Of a DNA stretch of 64,000 nt, positions 48,135 through 60,042 are shown piece by piece. Positions within the stretch are counted from its first letter, which is position 1; each line of letters begins with the position of its first letter. The stretch is from positions 1,973-65,972 of the forward strand of contig CAMZGI010000001.1 of assembly GCA_947306305.1 (NCBI GenBank), read 5' to 3'. The translations under genes and the position numbers were made by a program. The stretch is from an uncultured Fibrobacter sp. (GTDB taxonomy: Bacteria > Fibrobacterota > Fibrobacteria > Fibrobacterales > Fibrobacteraceae). A model generated the notes under the pieces. That model did not search any database. It was given only the letters and a program-made list of their open reading frames with translations, and was not told where the DNA came from.

Positions 48135-48931
48135 AAAATCCTCATATCTTCGTATCGTGTTGGGTAAATGCCGGTGCTTTTGCTTTGGATAAACTTCGGG
48201 ATAAACGTCTCGTTCTGATGACGCGCCTCGGCGAGAGTTGTCTCGGTGATACGGTAGACCCCGGTGCGGAACGGCTCGCTGACTTCGGCTGCGATGATGA
48301 ACACTTCCGGCTTTTCGCCGAAACGTGCGTTGAATACTTCCTGATAAAAGCTCAACTGATTGGCGTAAAGGTAGTCGATAAAGTCGAGGTGAAACCGGTC
48401 GATGTTGCGGCAGGTTTTCAGGTCGACGATGCCTTTTCTCGGATTGAACCAGTCCATCCGAATCTGGCAGGGCGTCCCCATATACTCGGCGCGTACGACC
48501 GCTTCCGGGAATCCCGCCATTAAAAGCCCGCTGGCGATAGCGTGGGCGGTGACGGACTTCCGGCAGGTGTCGATCAGCTCATAGTCCGTTTCGGAGAGAC
48601 CGGCTTTACCTTCCGCTCCGTTCTCGGCCAGCCATTCCCGGTACTTGATCGTGTCGGTTCCGTAGGGCTTGCCGGTGCGTTCGTTGATCGGGCCGCCGAC
48701 AATGTAGTTGGCGTTGAACACTTCCTCCCCTTCGAGGACTAACTGATGTACGGCGCGTCCGGTGAAGAAGGAGGCCGGTTCGGGCTTGTCCTTCGCGGCG
48801 TTCCGCTTGTACCAGTAGACATAGGGAGACTGGATGTAGTCGGTCAACTGATGGGAGGAAAGATAGTCAGCCGCCTGCGCGTGATACACATTGGAATCTT
48901 CCCAAATAAAATCGCTGCGTGTAAATTCCAT
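48131..48931 (-). CDS. PD-(D/E)XK exonuclease (RecE/DUF3799-like)
   Basis: YH...LSSH, GRAVH..VLEG, RMDW, DLKT, QLSFY. Confidence 0.88.
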   Translation of the reverse strand: MEFTRSDFIWEDSNVYHAQAADYLSSHQLTDYIQSPYVYWYKRNAAKDKPEPASFFTGRAVHQLVLEGEEVFNANYIVGGPINERTGKPYGTDTIKYREWLAENGAEGKAGLSETDYELIDTCRKSVTAHAIASGLLMAGFPEAVVRAEYMGTPCQIRMDWFNPRKGIVDLKTCRNIDRFHLDFIDYLYANQLSFYQEVFNARFGEKPEVFIIAAEVSEPFRTGVYRITETTLAEARHQNETFIPKFIQSKSTGIYPTRYEDMRIL

Positions 48932-48932
48932 T

Positions 48933-49088
48933 TCAGGCGGCCTTTCTTTCCTTCTTGTGTTTCTTCCCGCTTTTTTCCGCTTCCTTCTGTGATTGAAGGA
49001 GTGCGCTTGCTACACTAGCGACAACCAGTTTGTCGCGTTTGGTGAGGCTCTTGACCTCTTTGAAGATTTTTTCGGTGGTAGTTGGCAT
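48933..49088 (-). CDS. 51-aa first gene of the leftward operon (Cro position)
   Basis: GAGGA RBS; MPTTTEKIFKEVKSLTKRDKLVVASVASALL... Confidence 0.55.
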   Translation of the reverse strand: MPTTTEKIFKEVKSLTKRDKLVVASVASALLQSQKEAEKSGKKHKKERKAA

Positions 49089-49135
49089 TGGATTTCCTCT
49101 CGATAGGTCTGTTGTTCTCTGTTGGAACGTCTACC

Positions 49136-49243
49136 ATTTTACAGATTTATATTTGACTGTCAACAACAATTACGCAGAAAATTTAGATTTTTCCCGATTT
49201 TTTTGAAAAAAGTAGTAGACAATCAAACATTCTACATTATAAT
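49136..49243. promoter_or_regulatory. Divergent promoters of the lysis-lysogeny switch
   Basis: Leftward TTGACA-16-TAAAAT (49163-49136); rightward TAGACA-16-TATAAT (49216-49243); GTCTAC/GTAGAC half-sites. Confidence 0.65.
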
Positions 49244-49276
49244 AGGGCTAATGGAAAAGATAGGAGGACTGCCTTT

Positions 49277-49660
49277 ATGAAAAATAATGAGATTAAAGAC
49301 CGGGTGACGCTTGTGAGAAAGGCTCTCAAGCTGAGCGGACGCAAGTTCGCCATACAATTAGGCTACAATCCGGCGACATTATCGACAATCGAGAACGGGC
49401 TTTCCGCTGTGACTGACCGGCTGATCGCCAGCATCTGCGCTAAATTCAACGTCAATGAGGATTGGCTCCGCACCGGCAAGGGGGATATGTTCCTGCCGAG
49501 AGAGACAGCCCAAGCTGATGAGGCAGATGTTGTGACCGACTTTCTTCAATCCGTGATCGACGACCTCTCCGAAAAGAACCGCGCCATCGTGCTGCGCGTG
49601 ATCCGAAATTTGAAGAGACAAAATTTTTTTGAAGAAAATCCCGAACAAGGCTTTGATTAG
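49277..49660 (+). CDS. XRE/CI-like repressor
   Basis: HTH RKFAIQLG..TLSTIENG, VNEDWLRTGKGDMF; sole + strand gene in the arm. Confidence 0.9.
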   Translation: MKNNEIKDRVTLVRKALKLSGRKFAIQLGYNPATLSTIENGLSAVTDRLIASICAKFNVNEDWLRTGKGDMFLPRETAQADEADVVTDFLQSVIDDLSEKNRAIVLRVIRNLKRQNFFEENPEQGFD

Positions 49661-49693
49661 GGAGATCGAAAGGCGGTTAAAGCATAATCAATC

Positions 49694-49722
49694 TTGACAT
49701 ATCCGTGATTGTGTGATAAATT
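49694..49722 (+). promoter_or_regulatory. Sigma70-like promoter downstream of repressor
   Basis: TTGACA-17-TAAATT with extended TG. Confidence 0.5.
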
Positions 49723-49764
49723 AAAAGTGTTCCGAGGGGAAAACTCCTTTTGGAAGTGGTTGTT

Positions 49765-49806
49765 ACCCCCGTATCTGATTTTTCAGGTGCGGGGGTTTAT
49801 TTTTTC
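49765..49806 (+). terminator. Rho-independent terminator
   Basis: ACCCCCGTATCTGA/TCAGGTGCGGGGGT stem + T-rich tail. Confidence 0.75.
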
Positions 49807-50258
49807 TCCCTCTTCCATTCCCAAAATTCGGCGATGGTGAGACCGATGGTAAACGCATAATCCTCTTCGGCAAACTGACGGAAATGAGGAATCGCGTCAT
49901 CGGGAAAACCGGCGTTTGAAAGTTCGGTGACTGCGGGATTGATGTAGTGGGCTGTCAAACTTCGGACGACCTTTGAAAGCTCTTCCGACTCCTTGTCGGT
50001 CGGGAGCGTCTCGCGCTTCCAGTTATGCTCTAAAATTTCGAGAAGGTTCTGGCGGTTGACCGGATCGAACGGGCCGGAGATCGTCCATTCCACTTGGTTC
50101 AGTCCGGCTGATTTGAGCATAAGCGCGGCGGTCTCTCCATTGTCGGGCCAGGGGATGACTGGGGCGATTCGGAGTTTGTACTCGCGCCCCTGCATACCCT
50201 CTATTTCAAGCTGACAATGGACGCCTTCTATCGAGAGTTCGCGGATGTAGTCGATCAT
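49797..50258 (-). CDS. Hypothetical protein
   Basis: ATGA-coupled to upstream gene. Confidence 0.55.
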   Translation of the reverse strand: MIDYIRELSIEGVHCQLEIEGMQGREYKLRIAPVIPWPDNGETAALMLKSAGLNQVEWTISGPFDPVNRQNLLEILEHNWKRETLPTDKESEELSKVVRSLTAHYINPAVTELSNAGFPDDAIPHFRQFAEEDYAFTIGLTIAEFWEWKREKK

Positions 50259-51013
50259 AGTTTCTGTTCCGCGATGACAGACCAATCTACTCCGCAAAAA
50301 CCGGCGAAAAACCAGATATAGTTGCGCCTGTTCAGGCGCGTCGTGATTAGCGTCTGCGGAACAGCCTCATAAAGTCTGCCGATATCTTCGGTGTATTTGT
50401 ATGAGGCGATCAGGGATTTTTTCAGGGAGGTGAGCTTCTTCCCCGGCACGTCAAAGAGATACCCCTCAAAGCTGATGTTGCCTAGAATTTCGTACTCCTT
50501 CGCCGCGATTTGGCCGAGAATGTATGAATACCGGTTCGCGTTGTTCGCCGCCTTTGCCGGTATCTTCTTTTTTCCGGCCTCATTCTCGTTTAACCAGTTG
50601 ATAATGATGGTTTCGGTCAGTCCCGTGATCGTGAGTCCCCGTTTTTTCGCCGCCTTTACCATCATATTCCGAACGTCGGCGCGGGTGTTCAGCATCCAGG
50701 ACATTTTTTTCGGGTTCTTTTCTTCGGTGTTCAGTTCTGCGGTGCAGGATTCCCCCTTCCCTCTCCATCCTCCGTACTTCGGCTTCGGCGCGGATTCGAT
50801 TTTTTCGATCCATTTTTTCAGGTCGGAGTCCTTCGGTTTGTTCGACGGTTCGGGAAAGGACGCAACGGGGAAAGCGCGGCTGAATTTTTTGGCGGTGTAT
50901 GCGGTGAGCGAACGTCGGTCGGGCGAGAGTTCGTTGGCGTGCTGCGCGGAACATTCGTAAACAACGGCGTCGAGCAGCTTGCCGTCCTTGCGCTTGGTGA
51001 GGATTGAAAACAT
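50255..51013 (-). CDS. Protein with ribbon-helix-helix-like central domain
   Basis: AAGGAG RBS; GGWRGKG then AAKKRGLTITGL; own promoter TTGACT-17-TATATT at 51088-51060. Confidence 0.55.
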   Translation of the reverse strand: MFSILTKRKDGKLLDAVVYECSAQHANELSPDRRSLTAYTAKKFSRAFPVASFPEPSNKPKDSDLKKWIEKIESAPKPKYGGWRGKGESCTAELNTEEKNPKKMSWMLNTRADVRNMMVKAAKKRGLTITGLTETIIINWLNENEAGKKKIPAKAANNANRYSYILGQIAAKEYEILGNISFEGYLFDVPGKKLTSLKKSLIASYKYTEDIGRLYEAVPQTLITTRLNRRNYIWFFAGFCGVDWSVIAEQKL

Positions 51014-51134
51014 AAAAACTCCTTGTCGGTATGGAAAATTTAATTTTATTCTAAAAATAAATATAAACCCGCCTAACATAAAAGTCAAGCGGGGTCACTT
51101 TTTTGGTTTCGGCGATTCCTAACGGGTGCGCGAG

Positions 51135-54100
51135 CTAGTCGGCGGCGGGGTAGATGTCATTAGTCGGGGTAAACTGACCGACAAAAACGGTTGTTCCGGC
51201 GAAACTGTCGTTACCGGCGATTTTAAGTCCCGCCGCTGCCGATTCACGATAAATCTGCGGGAGAACATCAGAGGTAAAAAAACGATACCCTTCCCTGTCG
51301 AGTCCCCATCTTCTGAAAAACTCCTGCTGCGCGTCTGTCGGCGCGTGCATTAGATTGTGAGCTACTCTATAAATGATCCAGGGATGCCCGTCTGCCTTGT
51401 CAAAACTGAACGTGAGTCCTGCGCGTTTAAGGTCTTGAAAATAACCTAAGTTGTGTCCTTCTTCGATAAAGGCAAGCGCGTCTCTATCGGGATAAATGAA
51501 CGTGCAGAGGCGGCGGGGTTTCCATTGTCGCCGATAAAATTCTAGTGCTTCTGCCGGTGCTTCGTCCAGTTTTTTCGTTGCGTCCTGCTGGCAAGTTATA
51601 ATAACTTCTCTCATTTTTTTGGTCTCCTGTTTTATTCGGCGGCCTCATTCTCCTTCAATTATCTTTTGGTCTACTTCGTGGAGCGCGTCAAAAACAAGGT
51701 TGCTGGCCTTATTAACTATTATTTTAATCTCATTGAAAGAAGAATCTTCCCTTTGAGCTAAAACGCCTAGAGCGATAACGGCGTTTTCAAGTGCCTGGTG
51801 TGCGTCTACAAGATGATCGTGCGCACCTTTGATCGAAAGTACGGCTGTCGTCATTTTTTTGGTCTCCTGTTTCGGTTGTTGTTCGGGTGTGTTTTGATTC
51901 TAGTTTTTTCGCCGTTATCGGTCAAGTATTTGGCGGTTCAAAAAACCATTTTAAGCGCGGTCAAGAGGTCGGGGCGGTCGTTGATACGGTCGCCGATATT
52001 GGCGAGCATTTCCGTCTGTTCGGCTTTTGTGAGGCATCCATCGTCAGATTCGGCATCGTCGGCGGTTACGAGCAGCCCCCATAGCTTGTCGATCAATTCG
52101 AGCCTTTTTTTCAGCCCGTTTATCCGGTGCGCTATTTGGACCGTTCCGATTCGCTGGTCGGGGATATTTGCCTCTTTCGAGACAATTTCAAGTTGCTTCT
52201 GAATTGCCTTGTAAATCAGGTCGCTGTTTACTTCGGTTTCTTTTTGGATGGTGATAATCATTGTTTTTTCTCCTGTTCTAGTTGTTTTTTTGGTTTAACA
52301 GCATCCGTGATTCTGTTTAATCCAGTCCCATTTATACCATCTCGGATTATTGATATATTTACAGAGGATTTTGTGCGCCTCTCGGCTGATCTCCTCTCCT
52401 TCCTTGTTCCCGTGAAGCTGATTGTGGAGAACGTCCGTCCAGCATAACAGGCGGGCAATTTCAAGAGAGGATTCCTTCCGGCTGCTTCCGCCGCCGTAGT
52501 TCCCTACTGCGTCTCTCAAACGGATTGTAACGTGAAATTCGGCCTGGTCTCTAATCCAGTCCTGGCGGCTTTTTTCGGCTTCTGCGGTGGCATTGGTGTT
52601 GGTTTCGGTGTTCATTGTTTTTTCCTTTCATTCAAGACTTTTTTGATTTGCTTCTGATAATGCTTCGTCAGGGCTTCTCTAATGAGACTCTCCTGCGCTT
52701 CGCACATTTCCCCGATGAAATAGTCGGGGATTTTTTTCAATGCCATCTCGGCGTGTTCTGCGGCTTCCTGTCGGATCGTCCCGTGATCGGCTGCCAATAT
52801 GACGGGGAGTTTAATTTGGGCTGTCAAATAGGTACCGTCAACGGGGCTGACCGACGAAAAATGAAAGACTGCCCATTCTTCGGAGCGGGGTTTAAAGATA
52901 TTCGCTTCCGTCCAGAGTCCGTTTTTAAGGTAGCATTTTACAATAGATGTCATTGTTCATTCTCCTTTTTTCAGGTTCGTTTCAATTCTCGTGATGTCGT
53001 CGCCGATCCGGTTGTAAATGCTTCGGAGCGCGCCGGCGTAGTCCTGGGGGTGCTGTTCCCGTCCCTCGGCGGTTTCCTGTGCAAATTGATTAAGGAACAT
53101 TTCAGAGGCAAGTCTGACCGCCTCCAGAGTTTGCGCGGTTGCGCTTCTGACCCATCCGGCTTTGGTGACGGGCTTTCCGGGTGTGAAAGTATTTTCAAGT
53201 ACTGCCTTGTATTCGGTGCTGGTGATAGTGTTCATTGGTTACTCTCCTTTTTTCGTGATATTGGCAAGTGCGGTCTCTCTGACGTACTGACCGAGTTTTT
53301 TGATACCGTTCCTGGCTTGTTTGCGTTCAAGATACTGGCGGAAAAGGAAGCCGTCAATTTCCGCTTTCAGGATTTCCGCAGCATCGTCGGGGGCGCGGTG
53401 AATTTTATAGTTCGTCTGTCCGCTCTTCGCGTCCCGTCCATATCCATAGAGCTTTGAGTTCAAGTTTTTGATGTGCTGGCGGGCTTCTTCGTCGCTCTCG
53501 CTGTCGTCAATATATTTTGCTCCATAGTCGGCGTCGATATAGTTGTCGTACTCTACTTCCGGCGTCGTGATGATCCAAATAAACCGGCGTTGCGGCTGTG
53601 CGGGCTGGTCTCCTTCCCAGTACTCAAGCGTGCTTCCGTCTTTCAAATTGATGATCTTGTGGTCTGTCATTGGTTTGGTCTCCTTATGTTTTTTTGGTTC
53701 AAGGGTGCGAATAAAAATAAATCTTCTCTTTCGTCCAGTCGATCCGGCTTTTCCAGTAGGTCAGCTTCTTTACGGCGTACTCGATATGCCCCCAAAAACA
53801 GGGTTCATATTCGTCCATATCTTTATATTCCATCCCTTCCGGGATTGTTCTTGTTGTCAAAGCTGTTTTGCAAGTTTCCAGAAGCTGGTTATATTCCGCT
53901 TCGCCGATCTCTCCGAAACGGATGTCGGGGTCGTCTTGCCCTTCCTTCATACTGGCAAGGTTCTCTGTAATCCAGTAGTAGATACCCCAAGCTTTGTGAA
54001 GAATGAACACAGCGTTTTTTGCTTCCCATTTCCGGTAAGCTTTGATCCAAGCTTTCGGGTTCTTTCTGTCCGGGTATGGGGTCGATTTATCATAGTCGCG

Positions 54101-57100
54101 TGAAAATTCTTCCATTGTCGTCCAGTCTTTGCCGGTGCGGTTGATGTAAAGATTCATTTGATATGACATTTTTCTGTTTCTTTTCTGTTTTCTCTCTGTT
54201 CGGCTTCGTCGGTCAAAAATGCCTCAATGATCGGGGCAAGAATTTTAACTGCGTCTTTCGGCGCGTACAGTTTTCTTATCCGGTTCCCCTTTTCGTCAAG
54301 CTGATTGACAAGACTTGCGGAAGCGTGCGCGATTCCCTTTATTGTCGATTTTTTGCTTTGACTGTTATCAATGCAAGCGGCTGCGTAGTTTTTCCCGACA
54401 CAATTAAAAAACTTTGTTCCTGATACTGTGTCGATAAACCATACAAGGGCCGGGATTCCGTCGTTCGTCACCTTAAAATTATGTTCAAACCATACTGACA
54501 GCTTGGCGTCTCCTTCAAGCCGTTCCGTTCTTACGATTCCCGTGTTGTTCATTTTTTGGTCTCCTTCGGTTGCGTTTTTTTTTTTTGACTGCCCATTGTG
54601 GGCTGTTTTTTAATCTGTTTCGGCCTGACGGATCGCCTCTCTGAAGTTCCCTTCCCATTTTTTGAGGTCTGGCAAGAGGTTTGCGGTGCTGATCTCTCCT
54701 GCGGTTCCGGCTTCCATAGCGCGTCGGATCAAATTGTGTGTGTCCTTCGCGTAGATTTTGAGGTAAAAGAAAAACTGCTCCAGTTCTGCTGCGGTGTCGG
54801 TCGTCATTTTTTTGGTCTCCTTTTCAGACTGTGGTTTTTTCAAGGTGCTTTTTGATAAACTTGAGAATTTGCGGATAAACGTAAGCTTTCCCCTCTTCGG
54901 TCAGCTTTCCGGCGTGGTGCATATAGTGGTTATAATTGCAATTCCCCCTGTGCGTTCCGTCAATCCAGTCTGCAGGATCGGTGAGGTTAAAATAATTTTT
55001 CACGTTGATAAAGGATTGCGTGCAGGCGTGGCCAAATACTTCTGTTTCGGTGTTCGGGTTCCATTCCGAAAAAATGAAATAGTGGTTGTTCTCTTCCTTC
55101 TTAAAAGCGGTGAAGTACCAAATTTCATTCCCGTTTTTCAGGTGCTTGCATCGTTTTTTGGTGCTGCGCGTCCATTTGATTTTTTTGGCTCTTGTCATTG
55201 TTCTGATCTCCGTTTTTTTGATTCCAGTTTTTTGACGGGGGGCGCGTTGCCCCCCTCGATCTCTAATAGCTTATCGCCTCTTTTCAATCCTGTCAATAGG
55301 GTTTTTAGATATTTTTTTAAAATTCCTATTGAAACAGGGGGAAGGAAGAGTTTAAGCTTCGTTGTTCCAATACTCCGTGAAGAGCGTTTTTTTCAGTTCG
55401 GGAGAGGCGTTCTTATAATCTTCCTCGTTGCTGATCCCGTCCTCTCTACTCGGAAGGAAGGAATAAAAAAATTCGATCCGGTGAAGTTCGTAAACGGAGC
55501 GGAGGACGTGGCCGATCTCTCTGTGCAAGTTCTTTTTTTCGGCGTCCTGGTCGATTATCCAGTCGGGCGCGTACTTCCAGTTCGCCGCGGTCTCGGCGTC
55601 GATCTCTGCGGTCAATCCGCTTTCATCTCCGTCGATAAACTGACGCAAAGCTGCCTCTTCTTCGACAAGACTGATCTCCCATTTTTTCTGAAGCTCTGCG
55701 AGGTCATCGATCTCGTCCAGTATTTCGGCCAGCTTATCCCGTTCGGGTTCGGTCGCCTCGTTCGCTGCGTCCTCTTCCTGTGCGGCCGCTTCGGGGTTGC
55801 GCTGCGCGTATTGTTCCCATTTTTCCGCCGATGTATCAAGTGATGACATAAGCCGATGCGCTTGGGAATGGAGAGAGGCGAGCTTTGTCGGGATCGCCGT
55901 GACAATTACGGCAGGGGCGCGGTACTCGGCGGCCTCATAGTTGATTGTGTTGGTTCCTTCGGTGGTGTAGTCCAGGGTGTAGCTGATGTTTTCGGTCGTC
56001 ATTGTTCTGTTTCCTTTCGGGTTTTTGAAGTGATTTTTTAAAATTGTGCGTCCCTAACAGGCGCGTACGATGTTGGTTTGGTTGTTCCGGCGGGGGCGTT
56101 TCGTGCCCCCTTTCCGGCGCGGTCTGCGGCCGTTCCTAGTGGTTTATCATTTCAAGGAACATAACCAACAGCTTGAGGATTTCAATGAATTGATCCATTT
56201 TTTCGGCTTCCTTTCCGGTGGTGGGGGTGGTTAAAATGTGCGGTGGGTGAAAGCTGCCTCGATCCGCTGGCGTTCTTCGGTCAATGTGCTGCGGGCTTTT
56301 TCGATCTCGGCTGCAAGTTCGTCGGTTTCGTCCTGGCGGTTCTCGGCGTGGGTTTTTTCTCGCCAATAGATTATGGATTCCGCCTCTTCGATTAGCCCCC
56401 TGGCAAGTACTAACAGGGTGACGGGCCAGCTTAGGGGTCTGTAGTCGGCGTCTCCTTCGCTGTCACCCTTTGCGCCTCTCTTAAAGCCTTTCGCCTCTTT
56501 TTCCAGAGTCAATAGAGCTTGGTAGGAGCGGTACGCCTCGTGACTGTGCTGCAGTTCTAATGTCGATCTCATTTTTCCGGGTTCCTTTCTACGGTGTTCT
56601 AGTCGTCGATTTCAACGGTTTCAACGTCGAAACAGTGAAGATAATACTTTTTCAGTTCGGGGAAAATAACCGCTTCCGCCTCTCGGCTGAAGTCCTGGCG
56701 GTTATGCGTCCAGAAGCTGAGATTGCGCTGTAGGGCGTGCGCTGCCTCTTCAACGGCTCTCCGCCTTTCCCATTGATTCCGGCTGCGCTTCTCAATATAT
56801 GTGTTATAGTCGTATATATAACCGAGCTTGAGTTCGGTTCCGGTTCCGTCTCGGTCTGCGGGGGTTCCGGTCTCTCTGACGACTAAAGCCCCCGTTTCGT
56901 AAAATCCCCTGGCTTCGGGATCGTACTGGATTGTGACTTTTCCGCCGTTGGGGAGCTTGTAGGTCAATCCTTTGCGGATCGTTCTATAATAGCGGTCTCG
57001 GCTGCGCTGCTCTTCTTTTGTGCGATTGGTGTAGGTTCCATCGGGATAAAACATTTTTTTTGACTCCTTGCCCCCTTCCGGGGGGGGTTGCTTGGTGGTT

Positions 57101-58239
57101 GTTTTTGACTGCCCAGCTTGGGGTGGGCGGTCTATAAAAGAAAGATTTGGCCGTTCTGCTTCCAGTCGTCTCGCTCTCGGTCAAGGGCTTCGGCAGCCTT
57201 GTTTACGGCGTCTAAATTTTTCTCGGCGTCGCGTTCTTTTTTGGGGTTCTCCTCGATCTGCGCGGCCTCTATAACGGCTTTCCAGTATTCACGCGCCCAG
57301 CTTGCCTCTTCAAGTCTGGCGGGGATATAAGCCTCTAGGTACCATTTAACCGCCGTGTCAATTTCGGGGGATTCGTCGCCGGTTCGGGCGGTGTAAAGGT
57401 GTACGATTTGCGCGGCTGTCATTCGTTGCCCCCTTCCTCGTCGTCGCCGATGGCGATAATAACGGCGCGGGAATAGTCCGCAAGGATCGCCGTACGGAGT
57501 TCATCGGGGGCGTCGGTCGCCGGTGGGAAGGAACGGAAGCTTTCCGTGATCTTATAGGTGGCTTCTGTTTTTAAGTCGTTGTAGAGTTGCCAAAGCTGGC
57601 GGTTCGCCTCTCCTGGGGTCTCGTCCTCTCTTACGGAGCGGGCGTACTCGGTGATGGCGGGAAGGTTTGTCAAGGTGATTTTTTTGGCGGCCTGTCGTCC
57701 CGTCCGATAGTGGGCGGTATAGTCTCCTAGTGTGGTGACGGTACTATAAAATCGGGGGTTCCCGATTGCGGTTCTGGTTGCGGTTGCGGGTGTCATTTTT
57801 CGGGGTCTCCTTTTTAGTTGCTGGCGGTCGTTTCATAGTATTCGGGGAAGTTCTGACGGAGCGCAACTTCTATCTCCGGCTTCCAGTCGTCCAGTACTTT
57901 TTTCACGTTCTGGAGGACGTTGTAGTACACCTTCGGCGTGTCTGCGCGTTTCTTTTCGGCGATAATTCCGGGCGTCCAGAGGATTTTTTTAACCGCCTCA
58001 AGTGCGGTCTCTTTCGCCGTCCTGATTGCTGCGGCCGTCCAGAAGTTTGGGTCTGGCGTGGGGCTGTCAAGGAGAGAGGAAGCTGCCTCCAGATAAATTG
58101 CCTGTTTGGGAAGGATCGGCGTACTGCTTTCGCCGTTCGCCGGATCGTAAAAGAGTACCTCCGACAAAAAAGCGGAGTCGCCGTTCTCTCCGGTGCGGGT
58201 GTAAAGGTGATCGCCGTACTGTTTAATCTGGTCTGTCAT
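51135..58239 (-). other. Array of ~17 small early genes of unknown function
   Basis: ORFs ending at 51135, 51645, 51938, 52295, 52612, 52957, 53239, 53699, 54154, 54610, 54824, 55352, 56231, 56599, 57132, 57419, 57814, most with strong AGGA(G) RBS. Confidence 0.7.
55268..55296 (-). promoter_or_regulatory. Early sigma70-like promoter
   Basis: TTGACA-17-TAAGCT with AT-rich upstream. Confidence 0.65.
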
Positions 58240-58319
58240 TGTCGTTTTTCTCCTGGTGGGTGGTTGTTCGGGAAGGTTGCCCCCCTTTCGGGGGGCGTTG
58301 TGGGCGGTCTGTGGGAAGA

Positions 58320-59741
58320 TTAAAAGGGTACTTCCTCCAGTTCTTCCTCGTGGTAGGTCAAGATACTGACCTTTTCTCCGGTTTCACGGTCGAAAGAAGC
58401 TAGCTCGTAGTCGCCGCTTTCCCCTTCCAGTTTCATCAACGGACTAAACCGGCGCGGGGTATCTTCGGCGGTCTCGGTCTCTTCTGCGGTCTCTTGTGCG
58501 GTTTCGGGTTCAGCTTCGGGTTCATAGTCGGGGAAGAAGCTGCGCGTCCTGGGGGCGTCCTGGGTGGCTTCCTGCGGTTCCTGGGTATCAACGGGGAGCG
58601 CGTTCGCTGCGGTGGTTTCTGGGGCGGTCTCGGTGGCTTCCGTCTCCCCCTTCCGTCTGATTGCGTAAGCTTTCCAGCTGTCACGGCTGATTTTCTGACC
58701 GGTCTCGATTGCCGATAAAATCAGGTGTGCAAGAGTCTGTACGTCGTTGCCGAGCTTGTAGATTTTATCGTAGTCACCGCCGCTCCAGCTTTCTAAATAG
58801 ATAAAGTTCATATCTTTGGTGTCGATCCCTAAGGCGTTTAAAACGACGAAAGCTGTTGAGTCTGCGCGGATTTCTTTTATCTGCCTTTCGTCCTGGTTCG
58901 GGTTCTGCTTCCAGTCTGCGATGCTGTGCGCGATTTCGTGAACAAGCGTCGCAAGCTTGTCAAGGTCTGCGGCGTTGGCGTTGATCTTGATTCCCTCGAT
59001 CGGTCTGGTGTAAGCTTCAGGGTTTACGATGTTCGCCGTGTTGGTCTGCCAATAGTACCCCTTGCTGTCGTCCGTCCAGACTGTAAGCTCTTCAACGATA
59101 ACAGGCGCGACAGCTTCCAGTTTGGTGACAAGACTGCGGTACCGCTCTCCGCTCTCCGGTAAGCTCCAGGGATCGGGGGGGAGCGGTTCGCCTTCGGTCT
59201 GTTCATAGCTGAAGATAGGGACAAGCTTGTACCGGTTGATCCAGTCGGGGCGGATGTAAACTTCCTTTTTGGTCTCTTCCGTTTCTTCTCCGGTGGCGGG
59301 ATCGGTGGTTTTCACTTTCGTTGATTTGGTGCCGATCCATAAGGGCGCGTAAACATAATAAGCTTTGCTGCCTTTTTTAACAGTCCTGTGAAATTCGTCC
59401 GTCCATCGTTTGAAAGAATTGAAGTAGCTGACCGTCTCGGCGCGTTCTTTCGCCTGTTCGTAAAGCAGGATCGTATTTTTGAAGCTGTAGTTGTGGAATT
59501 TGGAAAGAAAGAGGAGGTGCTTCTTCAGTCCTTCCTTGCCTTTCAGTTCTTCCAGTCCTTTCTTCAGCTTCTCCTGCGCTGCTTTGATCTTTTCGTCGCG
59601 TTCGGCGGTCGCCTCTTCCGCCGTTTTCAGCTTCCAGTTCTGGCGCGGTTTGGCGGTCGTGGCGGTCGTACTGCGCGTTCGGCGCGTGGTCTTGTTGCTC
59701 TTTGATTCCAGAGCTTTGCGGTACTGTCTGTAGGTTGTCAT
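58320..59741 (-). CDS. ArdC-like ssDNA-binding + zincin metallopeptidase protein (anti-restriction candidate)
   Basis: FHNYSFKNTILL, FKRW...VKKGSKA..VYAP, HEIAH, EIRADSTAFVV, YLESW; acidic tail. Confidence 0.82.
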   Translation of the reverse strand: MTTYRQYRKALESKSNKTTRRTRSTTATTAKPRQNWKLKTAEEATAERDEKIKAAQEKLKKGLEELKGKEGLKKHLLFLSKFHNYSFKNTILLYEQAKERAETVSYFNSFKRWTDEFHRTVKKGSKAYYVYAPLWIGTKSTKVKTTDPATGEETEETKKEVYIRPDWINRYKLVPIFSYEQTEGEPLPPDPWSLPESGERYRSLVTKLEAVAPVIVEELTVWTDDSKGYYWQTNTANIVNPEAYTRPIEGIKINANAADLDKLATLVHEIAHSIADWKQNPNQDERQIKEIRADSTAFVVLNALGIDTKDMNFIYLESWSGGDYDKIYKLGNDVQTLAHLILSAIETGQKISRDSWKAYAIRRKGETEATETAPETTAANALPVDTQEPQEATQDAPRTRSFFPDYEPEAEPETAQETAEETETAEDTPRRFSPLMKLEGESGDYELASFDRETGEKVSILTYHEEELEEVPF

Positions 59742-59784
59742 TGTTTGGTACTCCTTCGGTGGTTGTGGTTGTTGGCGGTGGTTG

Positions 59785-60042
59785 TTACTTGGTGACGGTC
59801 TCGGCACAAGCTTTGCGGAGGGCGCGTTTCATTGTCGGATGGTAGCTGACATTCCATCGGGATAAACTGTTAACGATCTCAACGGCCCAGCTGTACGCCT
59901 CTTCCGCCGTCTGGAAATTCATTCCGATAATGTCAAAGCTGAAGCTGTCGGTTCGGCTTTTAATGCTGATCCGGGCAACATTCTCGGCGGGGTCGAAACC
60001 ATCTTTATAGATTTCGTACTCGGTTCTGGTTTTCTCGGTCAT
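59785..60042 (-). CDS. Hypothetical protein
   Basis: AGGAG RBS, downstream of promoter. Confidence 0.6.
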   Translation of the reverse strand: MTEKTRTEYEIYKDGFDPAENVARISIKSRTDSFSFDIIGMNFQTAEEAYSWAVEIVNSLSRWNVSYHPTMKRALRKACAETVTK

